From positions 1 to 11,164 of the forward strand of contig JBBIUY010000056.1 of the NCBI GenBank assembly GCA_037440005.1: a stretch of 11,164 nt of DNA. Direction: 5' to 3'. The notes beneath the pieces are model-generated. The model searched no databases. It was not told the DNA's origin and saw nothing but the letters and a program-made list of their open reading frames with translations. Shown here piece after piece: positions 7,054 through 11,164 of this stretch. A program made the translations under genes and the position numbers. How positions within the stretch are numbered: the stretch's first letter is position 1; every line of letters starts with the position of its first letter. The stretch comes from Armatimonadota bacterium (lineage in GTDB: Bacteria > Sysuimicrobiota > Sysuimicrobiia > Sysuimicrobiales > Kaftiobacteriaceae).

Positions 7054-7119
7054 GCAGGCCCGAGGAAGCCGACGGGGAGCGTCGAAGGCGTGTGGCGGGA
7101 CATCGAGGGGGTGCAGGTG

Positions 7120-8388
7120 ATGGGCAGGAGATGGAACATCTGGTGGGCCGTGCTGGCAGGCGCGCTGCTGGTGCTGGAACCAGCCCTCGCCGCCGGCCCG
7201 GTGACCATCACCTTCTGGCACGGCATGAGCGGGGTCCTGCAACCGGCCGTCAACGAACTCACCGAGGACTTCAACAGGCTCAACCCCGGGATCGTGGTCA
7301 CCGCCCAGTACCAGGGCACTTATGGGGCGCTCAACCAGAAACTCATCGCGGCGGTGGCGGCGGGCAATCCGCCGACGGTGTCCCAGGTGTTCGGCAACTG
7401 GACCGACCAGCTTATCCGGGCCGGCGCCATCGTGCCCGTGGAGAAGTTCATCCGGGGCCCGGAGGGGCTGTCGGAGGAGGAGGTTAACGACATCCTGCCT
7501 CCGCTGCGGCAGGCCAACACCTTCAATGGCGTCATGTGGACCATGCCGTTCAACAAGAGCCTGTACCTCCTGTTCTATAACGCCGATCTGCTGCGGGAGC
7601 AGAACCTGAAGGTGCCGCAGACCTGGGACGACCTGGTGGCTACGGCCAGAGCGCTGACCCGGGAGGAGGGTGGCCGGGTGGTGCGCTATGGCTTCGTGGT
7701 GCGCCCCACCACCGACTACTTTCTGACCATGCTGCTCACCAACGGCGGCGACTTCCTGGCCCCCGGGGCTCGGGAGGTGGCGTTCCACAGCCCCGCGGGC
7801 GTGGAAGCGCTGCAGTTTCTGGTGGATCTGGTCGCGACCCACAAGGTGGCCTACGTCCTTCCGGGGTTCGCCGACGCGGACTTCGGGGCAGGCAAGGTGG
7901 CCATGTACTTTGCCACCAACCCCGGCCTGGCCTTCGCCCGGGCTGCCGTGGCGGGCCGCTTCACCATCGGCCTGGCTCCCCTGCCCTATCGGAAGAAGCG
8001 GGCCACCATCCTGACCGGCACCGATCTGGCCATCCTCGCCCGGGCCACGCCGGAGCAACAGGCGGCGGCCTGGAAGTACATCAAGTTCCTGACCGGCACC
8101 ACCGGGACGACTCGCTGGTCGCTGCGCACCTTCTACATGCCCGTGCGCCGGTCGGCGGTGGAGTCTACCCTGATGAAGGTTTACCTGCGGGACAATCCGC
8201 TGCACAAGGCCGGGTTGGACTCACTGGCCTTCGCCCGCAGCGAGCCTGCCCTCGCCGAGTGGCAGGAGATCCGCGACATCATCCAGGACGCCGTGGAGGA
8301 GGCCATCCTCGGAAAGAAGACGGCCGCCCAGGCGCTGGGCGACGCCGCCACCCGGGCGAACCGGCTGCTGGCCCAGCGGCCCCGGTAG
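7120..8388 (+). CDS. ABC transporter substrate-binding protein (CUT1, UgpB-like)
   Basis: ATG 7120 follows an SD-like GAGGGGG at about 7105-7111. Signal peptide MGRRWNIWWAVLAGALLVLEPALA. Motifs typical of the UgpB-like cluster: ITFWHGMSG, FNRLNPGIVV..QYQGTY, MPFNKS..LFYNAD, PQTWDDL, AAWKYIKFLT, YMPVRRSA. Confidence 0.92.
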   Translation: MGRRWNIWWAVLAGALLVLEPALAAGPVTITFWHGMSGVLQPAVNELTEDFNRLNPGIVVTAQYQGTYGALNQKLIAAVAAGNPPTVSQVFGNWTDQLIRAGAIVPVEKFIRGPEGLSEEEVNDILPPLRQANTFNGVMWTMPFNKSLYLLFYNADLLREQNLKVPQTWDDLVATARALTREEGGRVVRYGFVVRPTTDYFLTMLLTNGGDFLAPGAREVAFHSPAGVEALQFLVDLVATHKVAYVLPGFADADFGAGKVAMYFATNPGLAFARAAVAGRFTIGLAPLPYRKKRATILTGTDLAILARATPEQQAAAWKYIKFLTGTTGTTRWSLRTFYMPVRRSAVESTLMKVYLRDNPLHKAGLDSLAFARSEPALAEWQEIRDIIQDAVEEAILGKKTAAQALGDAATRANRLLAQRPR

Positions 8389-8437
8389 GCGAGAGCGACG
8401 CTTCGAGGTACGGAAGACCCCACGGGCAGGGGGGAGT

Positions 8438-9376
8438 GTGGCGACCACCAGCGCTCTGTCCGCCCGCCTGCGAGCCTCCGAGCGGTCCCGCCGCGTGCGG
8501 CGTCTGGCCGAGCACCTGGAGGCGATGGCGTTCCTCCTGCCGGCCACCGCCGTGCTGGCGGTGTTCCACTTCTTCCCTATCGGGTACGCGTTCTACATCA
8601 GCCTCCTGCGCTGGAACCTGATCGACCCCCGCCGGGTCTTTGTGGGCCTGGACAACTACCGCCAGCTGCTGGCCGACGAGAAGTTCCTGACGGCGCTGGC
8701 GAACACCACCTATTTCGCGCTGGCCTCGGTGGGACTGGCGCTGCCGCTGGCCCTGGGATGCGCCCTGCTGCTGAACCGGCGTCTGGCCGGCATCTCCTGG
8801 TACCGCACGGCGTTCTTCATCCCCTCTGTGACGCCGCTGGCCGCGGCGGCGATGGTGTGGCAGTGGTTGTACCACCCGGACCAGTTTGGCCTATTGAACG
8901 TCCTGCTGAGGGCGGTGGGGCTGCCTCCCCAGCGATGGCTGCTGGATCCCGTTCAGGCGATGCCGGCTATGGTTGTGGTGGCCGTGTGGAGCACGCTGGG
9001 GCGGGACATGGTGATCTTTCTGGCGGGACTGCAGGCCATCCCCGCCGAGTACTATGAGGCAGCCCAGATAGACGGGGCCAGCAGCTGGCAGCTGTTCCGC
9101 CACATCACCCTCCCCCTGCTGTCCCCCACCACGTACTTCCTCCTCATCATCAGCATGATCGGCGCGTTCAAGGTGTTTGCCCTCCCCCTGTTCCTCACCG
9201 GCGGCGGCCCCCTCAACCGCACCTTCACCGTCGTGTACTCCATCTACCAGCAGGGCTTCCAGTACTTCCGGATGGGCTACGCGGCTGCCCAGGCCTACAC
9301 GCTGTTCGTCATCATCCTGCTGCTCACGCTGCTCCAGCGCCGCCTCCTGGCCGCCCGCGTGCACTACGAGCGATGA
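8438..9376 (+). CDS. Carbohydrate ABC transporter permease (UgpA/MalF-like)
   Basis: GTG start after a G-rich SD. Motifs: FVGLDNY, FFIPSVTP, EAA loop LQAIPAEYYEAAQIDGA, ITLPLLSPT, TGGGP, MGYAAA. ATGA overlap with the next gene. Confidence 0.95.
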   Translation: MATTSALSARLRASERSRRVRRLAEHLEAMAFLLPATAVLAVFHFFPIGYAFYISLLRWNLIDPRRVFVGLDNYRQLLADEKFLTALANTTYFALASVGLALPLALGCALLLNRRLAGISWYRTAFFIPSVTPLAAAAMVWQWLYHPDQFGLLNVLLRAVGLPPQRWLLDPVQAMPAMVVVAVWSTLGRDMVIFLAGLQAIPAEYYEAAQIDGASSWQLFRHITLPLLSPTTYFLLIISMIGAFKVFALPLFLTGGGPLNRTFTVVYSIYQQGFQYFRMGYAAAQAYTLFVIILLLTLLQRRLLAARVHYER

Positions 9377-10230
9377 CTCCGGGCGCCCGTCAGGTCCCCA
9401 GGCACCGCCGGCGGATCTCGCCCGCCAATCTCGCCGCCCACGCCGTGCTGCTCGTCGGGTCTGCGGCGATGCTGCTCCCCTACTACCTGATGGTGGTGAC
9501 CTCTCTGAAGCCGCTGCAGGAAATTTTCACCGATCCTTTCACCTGGATCCCGTCCCGCCTGGCGTGGGAGAACTACGTGGACGCCTGGAATCACGCTCCC
9601 TTCGCCCGGTATTTCCTCAACAGCGCCATCATCGCGGTCTCGGAGACCGCCGGCGTCTTGGTGACCTCCGCCCTGGCCGCCTACGCCTTCTCCCGCATGC
9701 GCTTTGCGGGCCGGGAGACGCTGTTCCTGCTGTTCCTCGGCACCCTCATGGTGCCGGGGGAGGTCCAGCTGGTCCCCAACTACATCACCATCACGCGGCT
9801 GGGGTGGCTCAACACCTACGCCGCGCTCATTGTGCCGTGGCTGGCCAGCGTGTTCGGTATCTTCTTCCTGCGCCAGCATTTCGCCACCATCCCCCAGGAA
9901 CTGCAGGACGCCGCCACCCTGGATGGGGCCTCCCACCTGACCTTCCTGCGGCGGGTGGTGGTTCCCCTCAGCACCCCCGCCTTCATCACGGTGGCGGTTT
10001 TGACGTTCCTGGGCTCCTGGAACGCGCTCACGTGGCCCCTCATCGTCACCAACACGCCAGAGATGCGGCCCATCATGGTAGGGCTGCTGGCCTTTTCCAG
10101 CGAGTGGGGGACTCAACCGCGACTGCTGATGGCGGCCGCCACCTTTGCGGTGCTCCCGGTCCTGGCCCTCTTTTTCATCTTGCAGCGGTATTTCGTCGAA
10201 GGGATCGCGCGGGCGGGTTTGAGGTTTTAG
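9373..10230 (+). CDS. Carbohydrate ABC transporter permease (UgpE/MalG-like)
   Basis: Motifs: WENY..AW, FLNS, AAYAFSRMRFAGRE, TLMVP, EAA loop IPQELQDAATLDGA, SWN...WPL, QRYFVEGI. Confidence 0.95.
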   Translation: MTPGARQVPRHRRRISPANLAAHAVLLVGSAAMLLPYYLMVVTSLKPLQEIFTDPFTWIPSRLAWENYVDAWNHAPFARYFLNSAIIAVSETAGVLVTSALAAYAFSRMRFAGRETLFLLFLGTLMVPGEVQLVPNYITITRLGWLNTYAALIVPWLASVFGIFFLRQHFATIPQELQDAATLDGASHLTFLRRVVVPLSTPAFITVAVLTFLGSWNALTWPLIVTNTPEMRPIMVGLLAFSSEWGTQPRLLMAAATFAVLPVLALFFILQRYFVEGIARAGLRF

Positions 10231-10276
10231 AGTCCGGAGAGCGGAGAAAACACCCGTCCCGCCGCTCCGCTGATGA

Positions 10277-10308
10277 GCGCCCTCCCAGCGGTCCCCGCTG
10301 GGAAGCGC
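10277..10308. terminator. Hairpin between convergent genes; possible bidirectional terminator or 3' stabiliser
   Basis: TCCCAGCGG (10283-10291) pairs with CCGCTGGGA (10295-10303), with outer GCGC/GCGC (10277-10280, 10305-10308). There is no U-tract on either strand. Confidence 0.5.
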
Positions 10309-10338
10309 GATGGTGGAGAGGGCAGGACAGGCGGGAAT

Positions 10339-11163
10339 CTACGTCTCATCCAGCGGCGCCGGGCGGCCAACATGATGCCCCTGCGCATAGTCCACGCCCA
10401 GCGAGCGCACCAGCTCCAGCGTCGCGGCGTCTTCCACCCACTCGGCAATGGTGGCGCGCCCCAGCCCCCGGGCCAGGTCGGCGATGGCCCGCACGATCTG
10501 CTGGTTCTGCGGGTCGGCCACCAGGGTCCGGATAAAGCTGCCGTCGATCTTCAGATAGTCCACCGGCAGGTAGCGCAGGTAGTACAGCGAGGAGAAGCCC
10601 ACGCCAAAGTCGTCCAGCGCCAGCCGGCAGCCGCGAGCCCGCAGGGTCTCCACGCAGCGCACGGTCTGCGCCATGTCGGCCACGGCGGCGGTCTCCGTGA
10701 TCTCCAGAACGAGGGTGCCCGGGGGGACCCGGGCAGCCTCCAGGGCCTCCACCAGGGCCCCGATGGCCGCGTCGTCGCCGACGGTCTTCCCGGACAGGTT
10801 CACGTGCACGCGCACCCCGTGCCGGGTCGCCAGCCGCAGGGCCTGCCGGCACATCCACAGATCGATGCGCTGAATGAGCCCCACCCGCTCAGCGATCGCC
10901 AGGAACGCCCCGGGCTCGATGACCTGACCTTCCTCCCGCAGCCGCACCAGCAGCTCGTACTGGGAGATGCGGTTGCTGCGCAGGTCCAGGATAGGCTGGA
11001 CGTAGGCGACCAGCCGGTCCTGGGCCAGAGCGTCGGCCAGGCGCTGCGCCCACCCGGCCGGGACCCGGACCCGCTGCTGCCAGGAGGGGTCAGGTACGTA
11101 CACCACCGCCCGGTCGCCGCCCTGGTCCTTGGCGGCGTACAGGCTGAGGTCGGCCGCTGCCAG
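10339..11163 (-). CDS. GGDEF-EAL protein (c-di-GMP phosphodiesterase / diguanylate cyclase hybrid), 5'-truncated
   Basis: The frame stays open to the window edge. LAAADLSLYAAKDQGGDR matches a GGDEF-domain C-terminus. The EAL domain follows: QPI, YELLVR, PGAFL, VNLS, LEITET, DDFGVGFSSL, KIDGSF, AEWVED, YAQG. The ORF-track start at 11106 is internal. Confidence 0.93.
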   Translation of the reverse strand: MAAADLSLYAAKDQGGDRAVVYVPDPSWQQRVRVPAGWAQRLADALAQDRLVAYVQPILDLRSNRISQYELLVRLREEGQVIEPGAFLAIAERVGLIQRIDLWMCRQALRLATRHGVRVHVNLSGKTVGDDAAIGALVEALEAARVPPGTLVLEITETAAVADMAQTVRCVETLRARGCRLALDDFGVGFSSLYYLRYLPVDYLKIDGSFIRTLVADPQNQQIVRAIADLARGLGRATIAEWVEDAATLELVRSLGVDYAQGHHVGRPAPLDET

Positions 11164-11164
11164 A

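Noticed and set aside
7051..7076. CAGGCCCGAGGAAGCCG resembles the SRP RNA helix 8 motif
   Set aside because: It lacks the GNRA tetraloop and GCAG of the CAGGnCCGGAAGGAAGCAG consensus and the long flanking helix.
6997..7119. N-terminal extension of SBP2 from GTG 6997
   Set aside because: The signal peptide and SD point to ATG 7120 (or GTG 7117), and the extension would bury the signal peptide.
6975..7487. ORF starting at the TGATG overlap with the phoD stop
   Set aside because: Low-complexity Gly/Arg/Ala product that overlaps SBP2 out of frame and has no motifs.
1..11164. CRISPR arrays, IS elements, integrases, tRNA/rRNA, defence systems
   Set aside because: No regularly spaced repeats, transposase or recombinase motifs, or structural RNA signatures. 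Nearly all sequence is explained by the listed genes.

Overview
High-GC bacterial DNA (upper 60s % GC by eye), densely coding. Positions 1-10230 hold ten co-oriented + strand genes that may form one or two operons. Module A (1-5618): a 5'-truncated glutamine-amidotransferase-like (GATase1-like/DUF1355-type) protein, a carbohydrate (CUT1) ABC transporter (binding protein plus two permeases), a ROK-family sugar kinase and a 1-phosphofructokinase/LacC-type PfkB kinase. Module B (5677-10230): an exported PhoD-family phosphatase/phosphodiesterase and a second CUT1 ABC transporter (UgpBAE-like binding protein plus two permeases). Neither transporter has an ATPase gene in the window. A convergent, 5'-truncated GGDEF-EAL gene with intact-looking EAL motifs fills the right end. 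I see no mobile elements, CRISPR arrays, tRNA or rRNA. Each protein belongs to a known family, so any novelty lies in the combinations: a catabolic module for an unknown sugar or sugar conjugate built around a Cys-less GATase-like protein and two kinases, and an atypical PhoD next to a Ugp-like importer. Several intergenic hairpins may be regulatory. All family calls come from reading motifs, not from database searches.
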